From: an uncultured Gammaproteobacteria bacterium
GTDB lineage: Bacteria; Pseudomonadota; Gammaproteobacteria; Xanthomonadales; Rhodanobacteraceae
Direction: 5' to 3'
Length of the DNA stretch: 64,000 bases
Assembly: GCA_963804695.1 (NCBI GenBank)
Contig: CAWDRH010000001.1
Span: 425,944 to 489,943 of the forward strand
Shown here piece after piece: positions 20,606-29,842 of the stretch. The position numbers were made by a program, and so were the translations under genes. The first letter of the stretch is position 1. Every line of letters begins with the position of its first letter. Below the pieces are notes generated by a model. That model saw nothing but the letters and a program-made list of their open reading frames with translations, did not search any database and was not told the origin of the DNA.

Positions 20606-20748
20606 CGTGCCCCTTCAATATGTGGACGCCAGCCGTCGCGGCTCATAGTTTATTCGGCTCCAGTCCGCGTCTGCCGTTTTGAATTGCAGCAGAATGCGGT
20701 AAATTTTGTATGAAAAAGAGGGATGACGGATTCCGAGCGGACACGGGT

Positions 20749-20979
20749 TCAGGGCGCGAAAGCCCGCCCCCGTTCGCGCCAATAGGCGGCGGTTGCCAGT
20801 TCCTGTCGGCGATACGCCCAGCGGCGAAAGGGCACTACGTACAGCGTGCAGGCTTGCCCGAAGTTTCCCGCCACGTCGAAACGGCGCACGTCAGGGCTGC
20901 GATTATTCCAGCCCGGTGTGCGGTCAGCGGCGTCCAACGCCCGCAATACGTCATCCGACAATTTCGGTTTCATGGTCAT
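20749..20979 (-). CDS. hypothetical small protein (76 aa)
   Basis: The start overlaps the primase stop (ATGA), which suggests translational coupling. No family was recognised. Confidence 0.4.
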   Translation of the reverse strand: MTMKPKLSDDVLRALDAADRTPGWNNRSPDVRRFDVAGNFGQACTLYVVPFRRWAYRRQELATAAYWRERGRAFAP

Positions 20980-22185
20980 GCGGCCTTTCGTGTTTTCCTG
21001 CGACTGCGGACAAGGGGAACAGCAACAGCGTCTAAAGACTGTATATCTATATAAGGCTGCCGGTTTGTGCAGGTTGCGCTAGCTGCGGATTGTGCAAGTT
21101 GCGACTGGTGCCGGAACCGTTCGGCGATGGTGTATAGCGTGGGAGTGATGCCCTGTTGTGTGTGCATGCCCTTGCGGACAACAATCAAGATTCCAGCCTG
21201 CACAGCGGCGGCGCGGTGACGTAAGAACACGCCTTCATTCCGGAAACCATCGCGAGTATTAAAGTCATCCCAAGTCAGCGCGAACGTGGGGCTATTCCTT
21301 TCGTCGAATCGACGATACGCAACAACGATAATGCATTGCGTCGGCGGCGGTAGCGCCTTCCATTCTGCCGAATCCTGCAGCTTGTGCGGCAGAATCGTGA
21401 ACCCGTCCGAACCATAGCCGCTAGCACTCGCCGAGATGGTATCTACTTCGGTTGCGCACAACGGCGGCTTGCAGCGCTCAGCGTTAATGCGCTGCAGACG
21501 ATCAATCACCGCAGGCGCGTCGAAGCCCTTGCGCACCAGTCCCGCAGCGAGACTAAACAGCGTCGAATTGCGCTCGCCTTCGGGTATCACGTCCGGCAGT
21601 GCGCGTTTCGTCTTGGGTTGCGCGGTTGCGGGTCGCAGGTTGAAACCCTGCACTAGCTCGGCGACGGTGTACGGCACGCGTTCACACAGTGCGACAACGT
21701 GCGACAGGAACGGCTCGCGCTCTTCGGTGCTCGAATCCCGGCAGGCGCATGACGCGGGAAAGGTCTTTCACCACGCCGTCACCATTGAAGCGTGCGGCGA
21801 GTGCCGATTGCAGCGGCGTGAATTGATCTAGCCGACAATCGGAAACAAGCCAGTACACATGCCAGCGGCCCGGCGATGATTCCACGATGCAATGCGCCGG
21901 CAGCGGCGCGGTTTGCACGGGTTCCAGCGGTGCGCCGTCAAGGTCAATGAAGAGTGCTCGCACGCGCTGCACGTTCGTTGCCTTGCGGCCCTTGCCGTCG
22001 CCTTCGTTGACCATGACAAACACGCCCGCGCCGCGCGCGTTCAATCCTGCAAGCGTTTCGGCGTGTTCGGCCAGTGTTCCGTGCAGGGTGCGCGTCAATC
22101 GCGGTTTGCCCTTCGCGCCGCCCTCTCCGAAGGTCAGGAACGTGTGCCGCATGCCCAGCAGCGTCAGGAATCGCGCCGCACTCAT
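20976..22185 (-). pseudogene. Prim-Pol type DNA primase with PriCT-1 domain, split by a frameshift near 21726
   Basis: The N-terminal part (21682-22185) reads ..VFVMVNEGDGKGRKATNVQRVRALFIDLDG..HCIVESSPGRWHVYWLV..RVMRLPGFEH. The next frame continues EEREPFLSHVVALCERVPYTVAEL.. and contains IPEGERNSTLFSLAAGLVRKG (PriCT-1-like). Confidence 0.75.
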
Positions 22186-22246
22186 GCGATGGCAGCACTG
22201 ATATGATCGGTGGTTTCCGCGAGCCGGTGGCGGTAGGCGTCGGGGT

Positions 22247-22456
22247 TCATGCCGCATCCTTTCCAGCATCGCCTGAAATGAATGCTGCTAAGTCGGCGCG
22301 GTGATAACGCACGAGGCGTAGACCAATCTTGCGATAGCGCGGGCCTTCGCCACGCCAGCGCCAGTTGCGCAGCGTTTGAACGCATGCACCAAGGATTGCG
22401 GCCGCTTCGTTTTCGTCAACGAGGTCGCCTGGGAGAAGCGGGGTGTCAAAGTTCAT
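22247..22456 (-). CDS. alpA: AlpA-family helix-turn-helix regulator/excisionase-like protein
   Basis: 69 aa. The segment LVDENEAAAILGACVQTLRNWRWRGEGPRYRKIGLRLVRYHRADLAAFI fits the AlpA/MerR-like HTH pattern. The gene lies between the integrase and the primase. Confidence 0.75.
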   Translation of the reverse strand: MNFDTPLLPGDLVDENEAAAILGACVQTLRNWRWRGEGPRYRKIGLRLVRYHRADLAAFISGDAGKDAA

Positions 22457-22538
22457 CGCAAGTCTCTCGCGGAAATTGAGGGATGCTGCGACGAAAAATA
22501 ATCTCTGTCTTTGCTATTTACGAGGAATAAAAAGGCCG

Positions 22539-23033
22539 TTATTTTTCCGGCGTTACCAAGGGCAAAAACTTTCGGCTTCGGAAGATTCGCAGAATGCTTT
22601 CAGGTTCCAGCTTGCCTCCAAACTGTGCCGACACCGCTTCGGCTGCTTGGGTTCGGCTAACTCCTTTGCTTATCAGACCGTCGAAAATCCATCGCATAGC
22701 CATGCGCTCAAACCGCGCGCCATTCCGCTTGGCGTAGTTACCTGACTTTTGCCGACTGTTCCCAAAAAAAGCTTGCTCCAAACTTATATGTCCGTAGCCT
22801 GCTTGATAGGTGTCCCAGCAGTCGTGAAGTGCCAGTAGGAGTTCCGGCGGAGGGTAAAACCCCATATCGATGAAATAGAAAAGCGTCGAAAGGGGTGAAT
22901 TGGAGACGTGCCTTAGTTTCTCACCGCGCTCAATAGTCTTCTTGCCGTAGAGATCGTAGATCGGCTCAAGCGTATTCCACGCCGCATTCATCCCTTCTAA
23001 GACAGGGGTACTCTCTAACTTGATCGTCATCAA
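22539..23033 (-). CDS. hypothetical protein (164 aa), island-borne
   Basis: ORF with lower GC than the backbone, located between alpA and int. No motif was recognised. Confidence 0.5.
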   Translation of the reverse strand: MMTIKLESTPVLEGMNAAWNTLEPIYDLYGKKTIERGEKLRHVSNSPLSTLFYFIDMGFYPPPELLLALHDCWDTYQAGYGHISLEQAFFGNSRQKSGNYAKRNGARFERMAMRWIFDGLISKGVSRTQAAEAVSAQFGGKLEPESILRIFRSRKFLPLVTPEK

Positions 23034-23255
23034 GAAATGCGTGCCAATCTACGACTTGTTTCCATTGTTCAGCGACGGAAAAAGGTCGGGGCAATCCATT
23101 TTTTCCAATCCTGTCCATCCGGACAGTAGCTGGATGGCGTTGTTTCTGATTGTTGAGCATGCGCGCACCTTCCAGCGCCCTTCAAAGAATCGCCACGGCA
23201 ACGCGGTGAAGGAGTCCGTGCGTTCGGCTGGCCGGCCTAGCCGTGGCGGTTTCGA

Positions 23256-24499
23256 TTATCCAGCTCTGCGCTTGATAGCGACTACTTTTCCGGGTGATTC
23301 GCGCAGGCTATCCAGATAGTCAGCCCAAGCCTGCATCATCTTGCGCCGTTCCGGCAGGTGTTCGGCGTAGTTGTAGGCAGCACGTACCGCGTCGCGCTCG
23401 GCGTGCGCGCAAGCCGCCGCTCGATGGCATCACGGTGCCATCCCTGTTCGTTTAGCAGCGTGCTCGCCATGCTGCGGAAGCCGTGGCCTGTCATGTCGTC
23501 GCTCATGTATGCCCAAGACGCCGCAGCGCCGCAGTTGACGGTGTTCTCGCTCATTGGCCGTTCGCGTGTGCGCACGCTCGGGAACAACAATCTGCCTTTG
23601 CCGCTCAGCGTGAGCGAACTCTTGCAAGACCGCCAATAGCTTGACGCGACAGCGGCACGATATGCAAGGCGTGCGCATCTTCATGCGCTCGGCGGGTATC
23701 CGCCACTCGGCCTTGTCCAGATTGAACTCAGCCGATTGAGCCGTGCGCAGTTCGCCCGGTCGCACGAATGCCAGTGGTGTCGAGCTTCAACGCGGCTGCG
23801 GGTCGACGAAGTATACCTGTGTATCCCTCAATCGCACGCAACAGTTCACCTATGCGGTCCGGATCAGTGATTGATACGCGAAGAATGTTCGCTTTTCGAC
23901 TGGCGGAATCGCGCCGCGCAGGTCGCCGCATGGGTCACGCTCAGCGCAGCCTGTTGCGACGGCATAGCGGAACACTTGGCTCCGCAGTTCTGGTGTGCAC
24001 GATGCGCGGTTTCTAACCGCGCCGCGTGATTCGATTCGGCGAAGCATTGTCAAGATTTCCGGTGCCGTCAGTTCCCCCGATCGCGCGCGAACCGATCCAC
24101 GGTGAATACATCGCGTTCCAGTCGGCGGATGATCTTGTCGGCATGCCCCTTCGCCCACTTTGGGGGAGAATTTTGCAAACCATTCCACGCGCCATCAGCT
24201 TCAAACGTGTCGGCTGTCCGCGGCCCGCTCAGCCTTGCAGCTTAGTGCCGGGGTCTATACCATCCGCCAGCAGCTTACGCGCCTCGTCGCGGCGCTCACG
24301 CGCTTGTCGGAGCGATACATCGGGGAACGTGCCGAGTGATAGCAAGTTTTCCTTGCGCGTGTCGGGGCGGCGATATTTCATTCGCGAATACTTGGCGCCG
24401 GTCGGTTGTACCAGCACGAACATGCCGCGTTCGTCAGTCAGCTTTGTACGGCTTCGCTTTTGGCTTCGCGTTTTGAACTGCGGAAGGGGTTAGGGACAT
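23256..24499 (-). pseudogene. int: P4-type tyrosine integrase, heavily frameshifted
   Basis: Fragments lie in all three minus frames: MSLTPSAVQNAKPKAKPYK; MFVLVQPTGAKY..SLRQARERRDEARKLLADGIDP; ELTAPEILTMLRRIESRGAV; QVFRYAVATGCAERDP; RPGELRTAQ..EFNLDKAEWRIPAERMKMR; FPSVRTRERPMSENTVN; MTGHGFRSMASTLLNEQGWHRDAIE; and the end ..MMQAWADYLDSLRESPGKVVAIKRRAG. By eye there are at least 6 frame changes. Confidence 0.85.
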
Positions 24500-24501
24500 T
24501 T

Positions 24502-24587
24502 GGGGGTAAACTCTCGTCAACCGTGGGGGTATCGACTTCGAGCGATGGTGCGTTACCCCAAACGTTACCCCCGAAATTGGGGGTAAC
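24502..24587. repeat. cluster of five GGGGGTA(A/T)C motifs between int and tRNA-Phe, including the palindrome GTTACCCCC-GAAATT-GGGGGTAAC (24564-24587)
   Basis: Motifs occur at 24502, 24525 (GGGGGTATC), 24552 (reverse orientation, 4 C), 24564 (reverse orientation) and 24579. Confidence 0.6.
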
Positions 24588-24686
24588 GCAAGTGAATCGA
24601 GAGACATTGCAGGTATGGGGTTACCACGGGAAAGCCCTGTATAGCGTGCTTTCAGGGGTGTCCGGGGATGTAGCGGGAGGGAAATG

Positions 24687-24762
24687 TGGTGGCCGGGGAC
24701 GGAATCGAACCGCCGACACGGGGATTTTCAATCCCCTGCTCTACCAACTGAGCTACCCGGCC
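24687..24762 (-). tRNA. tRNA-Phe (anticodon GAA)
   Basis: The reverse complement GGCCGGGTAGCTCAGTTGGTAGAGCAGGGGATTGAAAATCCCCGTGTCGGCGGTTCGATTCCGTCCCCGGCCACCA folds as a cloverleaf. It has a 7-bp acceptor stem, the loop CT-GAA-AA in a GGGGA/TCCCC stem, a TTCGATT T-loop and an encoded CCA. It is near-identical in pattern to E. coli tRNA-Phe. Confidence 0.97.
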
Positions 24763-24916
24763 TGGAGTCTGGCGATGTCCGGAAGACGGACGTCGCGGAG
24801 GGGCGCGTATTAAATCGGCTTGGACGGGGCGAGTCAAGGAAAAACACCGGGCCGCTTGCGACGAAAGCGGTTGCGTGGCCGTCATTATCGGACAGACACT
24901 GATGAAGGAGCCAGAC

Positions 24917-25342
24917 ATGCGGTCTACAATCTTGTTTGCTGTTTTGGGCCTGTTCGTTGCCGGTTTCGCCCGTGCGGATACCGCGGCCTATCAGGCGCAG
25001 CAGCTGGCGCGCTATCAGAAATACGCCGGCGCGCCGGTGAGCGAATTCACGATGGTGGACATGTATCAGTGGCAGGTCGTCGGGCCGGAAAAACTGGTGG
25101 TTTGGCCAACGATCAACACTGCGTATTTGCTTACCGTGGACAAGCCGTGCGTTCGGTTGCAGTGGACGAATGGCCTGGCGCTGACGCAACAAATGAGAAT
25201 GAAAGTGACGAACAAGTTCGATTTCGTGCAATTCGAGCATCAGGATTGCAAAATCGTCGAAATCCGCCCGATCGACTACAAGGCGATGCTCAAGGACGAC
25301 CGCGAAGGGAAGTCCGAAAAACCCGCTAAGGGCCAGGCCTGA
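24917..25342 (+). CDS. hypothetical exported protein
   Basis: Start chosen at MRSTILFAVLGLFVAGFARA (signal peptide). 141 aa. Confidence 0.6.
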   Translation: MRSTILFAVLGLFVAGFARADTAAYQAQQLARYQKYAGAPVSEFTMVDMYQWQVVGPEKLVVWPTINTAYLLTVDKPCVRLQWTNGLALTQQMRMKVTNKFDFVQFEHQDCKIVEIRPIDYKAMLKDDREGKSEKPAKGQA

Positions 25343-25348
25343 GGTCCA

Positions 25349-25621
25349 TCACTCCTGCGGCGCCACGAAGCCCGGCGGCGCTGCAGAACCTTCCCCGAAC
25401 AGGAATTTTTCCATCTCTGCCTCGAGGAACTTGCGCGCTTTCGGGTCCAGCGGCGAGAGCCTGTTTTCGTTGATCAGCATGGTCTGGTGCGCCAGCCATT
25501 GCGACCACGCCTGTTTGGACACGCCGACGTAAATGCGCTTGCCGAGTTCGCCGGGGTAAGGTGCGAAGGCGAGGCCTTCAGCCTCGCACTGAAGTTTGAC
25601 GCAGAAAACGGTGCGGGCCAT
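25349..25621 (-). CDS. yggX: Fe(2+)-trafficking / oxidative-damage protection protein YggX
   Basis: 90 aa: [13 protein letters not shown]...[29 protein letters not shown]. The start overlaps the mutY stop. Confidence 0.9.
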   Translation of the reverse strand: MARTVFCVKLQCEAEGLAFAPYPGELGKRIYVGVSKQAWSQWLAHQTMLINENRLSPLDPKARKFLEAEMEKFLFGEGSAAPPGFVAPQE

Positions 25622-26683
25622 CAGGATTCCTCCGCAAGATGGTTGATGAGCTTGCGCACTGGTGCCGGCAATCCGAGTGCGGCAGCTTCGAGTGGATGCA
25701 GCCAACGCGAATCCGGCGCATCGGCAACGTGCGTGGGCGTGGTGATGTCGAGCATCAGCGGTGTGACCTCGAGCCGGTAATGACTGAACGTGTGCATGAA
25801 GGGCGCGAGTGGGCGAAACGCGATCTCTCCGCTGCGCAAACCATGTCTGCGTGCGACGCCACGCCGCGCAGCTTGCACATCGTCGGCTTCGGGCAGACTC
25901 CACAGTCCCGCCCAGACGCCGGTTGGCGGTCGGCGTTGCAGCAGCAAGCGTCCGCCGCCGTCGCGCAGGATCAGCATGACCGTTTGCCGCGTCGGCAACG
26001 TGCGCGCTGGTTTGCGTTCCGGCAATTGTGCGGTGAGGCCGTCACGATGGGCGATGCAATCGACATGCCAACGGGCACGATGCGCATTGCGGTCGCGTGC
26101 GCCTGCAAACGGTGGCGCCCAGATCCATGATCGCCTGCGAGTAGTCGGCAAGCCGCGACTGCGGTAGATGCAATTGTGCAAATTTCCACAATTGTTTTTC
26201 GACTGCCGCCGATCCCGGCCAGCCGCGCAGTCGGTGGAAGCGCGTCAGCACACGCTTGACGTTGCCGTCGAGGATGGCAAAACGCAGCCCGTGCGCCTGC
26301 GCCAGGATCGCGCCGGCGGTCGAGCGACCGATGCCGGGCAGGGCGGCCAGTTCATCGATATCCTGCGGTAGTTCGCCGCCGTGGCGTTCGACGCAGGCTT
26401 GTGCGGCGCGCTGCAGGTTGCGTGCACGACTGTAGTAGCCGAGTCCGGACCACGCCGCGAGCACGTCGTCCTCTGGCGCCGACGCCAGCGCCAGCAGTGA
26501 GGGAAATTTTTCCACAAAGCGCAAAAAGTATGGAATGACCGTTGCGACCCGGGTCTGTTGCAGCATGACCTCGGACAGCCACGCGCGATAGGGCGTACGC
26601 GGGTCCTGCCAGGGAAGATCGCGGCGCCCGTGACGATCGAACCAGCGCAGCAGGCGTGCGGCGAAGGTGTCAGGTTTGTGCAT
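25621..26683 (-). pseudogene. mutY: A/G-specific adenine DNA glycosylase MutY with an apparent frameshift near 26070
   Basis: The N-terminal part (26042-26683) has the HhH-GPD and Fe-S cluster elements (..LPGIGRSTAGAI.., CRRTRPQCASCPL). The C-terminal NUDIX-like domain (..[20 protein letters not shown]...[15 protein letters not shown]..) continues in another frame (25621-26181). Confidence 0.85.
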
Positions 26684-27732
26684 CGCCGAGACTTGCCGGC
26701 AGCAGGCCGTCGACGAAGGCGGCAGGGTCGAATTCGCGCAAGTCTTCGGCGCTTTCGCCCAAGCCGACGTAACGGATCGGCAGGCCGAATTCCTTCGCCA
26801 GGGCAAACATCACGCCGCCTTTCGCGGTGCCGTCGAGCTTGGTCACGACCAGACCAGTCACGCCGATCGCGGCGCGGAACTGGCGTACCTGATTGATTGC
26901 ATTCTGGCCGGTAGTACCGTCGATCACCAGCAGCACTTCATGTGGTGCGGCGGGATCGATTTTGCCGAGCACACGCCGGATCTTGGTCAACTCATCCATC
27001 AATCCACTCTGGGTGTGCAGACGGCCGGCGGTATCGGCGATCAGGATATCGATCTCGCGCGAGCGCGCCGATTGCAGGGCGTCGAAGATGACACTGGCCG
27101 AATCCGCGCCGGAACCCTGCGCGATCACTGGCACGTTGTTGCGCTCGCCCCAGCTTCTGAGTTGTTCGACCGCGGCGGCGCGAAAGGTATCGCCGGCAGC
27201 GAGTACGACGCTGCTGCCATTTTGCTGAAACCTTCGTGCCAGTTTGCCGATGGTCGTGGTCTTGCCGACTCCATTGACGCCAACCATGAGTATCACAAAG
27301 GGGATTTGTTCACATTGCGGCAAAAGCGGCAGCGCGACCGGTTGCAGCAGCGTCACCAGATCGGCGCGCAGTGCCGCAAGCAGGGCATCGGCGTCGGAGA
27401 ATTCGCGCCTGTGCATGCGTTTGCGCAGCGACTCGACCAGTTCAGTGCTTGCGGCGACGCCGACATCCGCGCCGATCAGCGTGGTTTCGAGTTCATCGAG
27501 CAGGGCTTCGTCGAGCTTGGCATGGCGCGCGAACAGCTCGCGGATATCGCGATTGAGACAGCTGCCGGCCAGGCGCTCGCGCCAATTGCGTTTGGGTCCG
27601 GATGCTGGCGTGGTGGTGGTTTGCGGCACCTCGACGGTTGCTGGTGAAGTGTCGATATCTGCCGGCGCATGCAAACGTTGCGGCCGGCGGTAAAGTTGGT
27701 TCCACCTCTTTCTTTTTCCAGAACTTGAGCAT
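26670..27732 (-). CDS. ftsY: signal-recognition-particle receptor FtsY (N-terminal frame break near 27675)
   Basis: The intact ORF 26670-27674 contains the NG domain (GVNGVGKTTTIGKLA, DTAGRL, TKLDGTAKGG). A plausible native start MLKFWKKKEVEPTLPPAATF (ATG 27732) lies in a different frame. Confidence 0.85.
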
Positions 27733-27761
27733 TGCGGATCGACTTGAACGACAATGCGCGC

Positions 27762-28372
27762 ATGCTATCACTCGCACCGGTAAATATTCGTGGCACGCGC
27801 CTGATTCCGCGCCGGGAAGGCTGCGCATCATCGGCGGCAGCCTGCGCGGATCGCGCCTGGACGTGGCGGATGTTCCGGGCCTGCGGCCAACGCCGGATCG
27901 TGTGCGCGAAACCCTGTTCAACTGGTTAATGCCGGTTATCGCTGGCGCGCAATGCCTGGATCTTTTCGCTGGCACCGGTGCGCTCGGGATCGAGGCCTTG
28001 TCGCGCGGTGCAGTGCAGGTCGATTTCATCGAGGCCGATGCGCGGCTGGCAGATCTGTTGCGCGCGAATCTGCTGCGCCTCAAGCAGGCGCCAAGCGTGC
28101 ATCGTGCGGACGCAATGCGCTATCTGGTCGAAACGGGAACACGCTACGACGTGGTCTTTCTCGATCCGCCGTTCGCTGCCGATGCGTGGACGGCGGCGGC
28201 GCAGGCTCTGGAAAACCATGCGCGGCTCGCGGCGCAGGCGTGGATTTACGTCGAATCGCCGGTCGGCAAAATTCCAGCGCTGCCCGCGAATTGGACTCTG
28301 CACCGCGAGGGCCGTGCCGGCGCAGTCCGCCATGCACTCTACCGCCGCGCGGAGGCATCCGTTAAGCTGTAG
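27762..28372 (+). CDS. rsmD: 16S rRNA (guanine966-N2)-methyltransferase RsmD (start/frame uncertain)
   Basis: The frame open from 27602 reads ..GRLRIIGGSLRGSRL..PGLRPTPDRVRETLFNWL...CLDLFAGTGALGIEALSRGA...VFLDPPF. It has no ATG or GTG upstream of RIIGG. The nearest ATG (27762) is in another frame, which implies a frame break near 27790 or a CTG start at 27821. Confidence 0.8.
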
Positions 28373-28388
28373 CGGGTTTTCTCGATGA

Positions 28389-28907
<519 letters not shown>

Positions 28908-28927
28908 AGTCCAGAAAAGGTGACATT

Positions 28928-29452
28928 ATGAAAAACTTTATTCGTATACTTTCGTTCGCGGCGTTCACTGCGCTTGCGCTTTGCGCCTGTGGTCCGAGTG
29001 AAGAGGAAAAGGCAAAGGCCGCCGCTGCTGCTGCTGCTGCCGAAGCAGCAAAACCCGTACCGCTGCCGGCGCCAAACGCGGACAAGACCGCTTGGCAGAA
29101 GTACCTGGTTTCCGTGGTGACGCACAACATGCAGGGCGTGAAGTCCAGTCATCCGTACATGTATTTCGTGCCCAGCGGCGATGGCGCGGATGTGGTGGAT
29201 GCGCGCAAGCAGCAACTCGACAACGTCGACGTCACCGTGCAGCGCGGCGTGTTGCCGGGCAACATGATGGCGTTCGGCGGGCCGGATTCGACGCTCACAG
29301 CCGATCTCATCAGCGAGGCCTTCAAGGACGCGCAAGACGGCTCGTTCAAGGGCGTGATCGTATTGTTTGTCGGCGCGGCCGCCGATCAGGATCGGGTCAA
29401 GGATGCGGTGGCCAAGAGCGGTGCGGAATTCCGTTTCGTCGAGATGAAGTGA
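28928..29452 (+). CDS. hypothetical lipoprotein with Ala-rich linker
   Basis: MKNFIRILSFAAFTALALCAC has a lipobox-like LALC, followed by EEEKAKAAAAAAAAEAAKP. Confidence 0.6.
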   Translation: MKNFIRILSFAAFTALALCACGPSEEEKAKAAAAAAAAEAAKPVPLPAPNADKTAWQKYLVSVVTHNMQGVKSSHPYMYFVPSGDGADVVDARKQQLDNVDVTVQRGVLPGNMMAFGGPDSTLTADLISEAFKDAQDGSFKGVIVLFVGAAADQDRVKDAVAKSGAEFRFVEMK

Positions 29453-29478
29453 CATTGCCAACGTTTTCGGAGGCAATG

Positions 29479-29575
29479 CCATCTCGGCGTAGATTGCCGG
29501 GATCCAGATGCCAGGGATGGCGGCACGAACCCGCATCCATGCCTCCTGGATTCCGGCAGTCCATGCCGGAATGAC
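29479..29575. repeat. MITE/REP-like element copy 3 (left end degenerate)
   Basis: CCATCTCGGCGTAGATTGCCGGGATCCAGAT ... CTGGATTCCGGCAGTCCATGCCGGAATGAC. Confidence 0.8.
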
Positions 29576-29584
29576 GAGCAGAAG

Positions 29585-29842
29585 ATGGCGCTGAAAATCA
29601 CCGAAGCTTGCGTCAACTGCGACGTCTGCGAGCCGGTGTGCCCGAACAAGGCGATCGCGCAGGGCGCGGTCGTCTACGAGATCGACGCGAATCGCTGCAC
29701 CGAATGCGTTGGCCACTTCGACGCGCCGCAATGCGTCGAAGTGTGTCCGGTCGAATGCATTTTCGTCGATCTGGCGAATGCCGAGACGCCGGAACAACTG
29801 CTGGCGAAATATCGCCAGCTGACAGGCGAGGGTAAAAAGTGA
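29585..29842 (+). CDS. YfhL-type 2x[4Fe-4S] ferredoxin
   Basis: 85 aa with CVNCDVCEPVCP and CTECVGHFDAPQCVEVCP. Confidence 0.9.
   Translation: MALKITEACVNCDVCEPVCPNKAIAQGAVVYEIDANRCTECVGHFDAPQCVEVCPVECIFVDLANAETPEQLLAKYRQLTGEGKK

Larger units (their letters stand above)
17801..24686. mobile_element. tRNA-Phe-associated genomic island (satellite/P4-like int-alpA-primase backbone plus cargo), apparently immobilised
   Basis: The right end abuts the 3' end of tRNA-Phe. The integrase remnant is adjacent, followed by the AlpA-like gene and the primase. Composition is visibly AT-richer, especially over 17.83-20.7 kb. A 23-nt near-direct repeat occurs at 17879-17901 and 24552-24574. The left boundary is approximate. 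Confidence 0.7.

Noticed and set aside
22966-23160. 64-aa minus-strand ORF overlapping the start of the 164-aa island ORF
   Set aside because: It overlaps the longer ORF by about 68 nt, and it has no RBS or motif support. It is left unannotated.
25621-26683. The mutY break as the cause of the many frameshifts in the window
   Set aside because: Loss of MutY is known to raise G:C-to-T:A transversions, not single-base indels, so it cannot explain the pattern.
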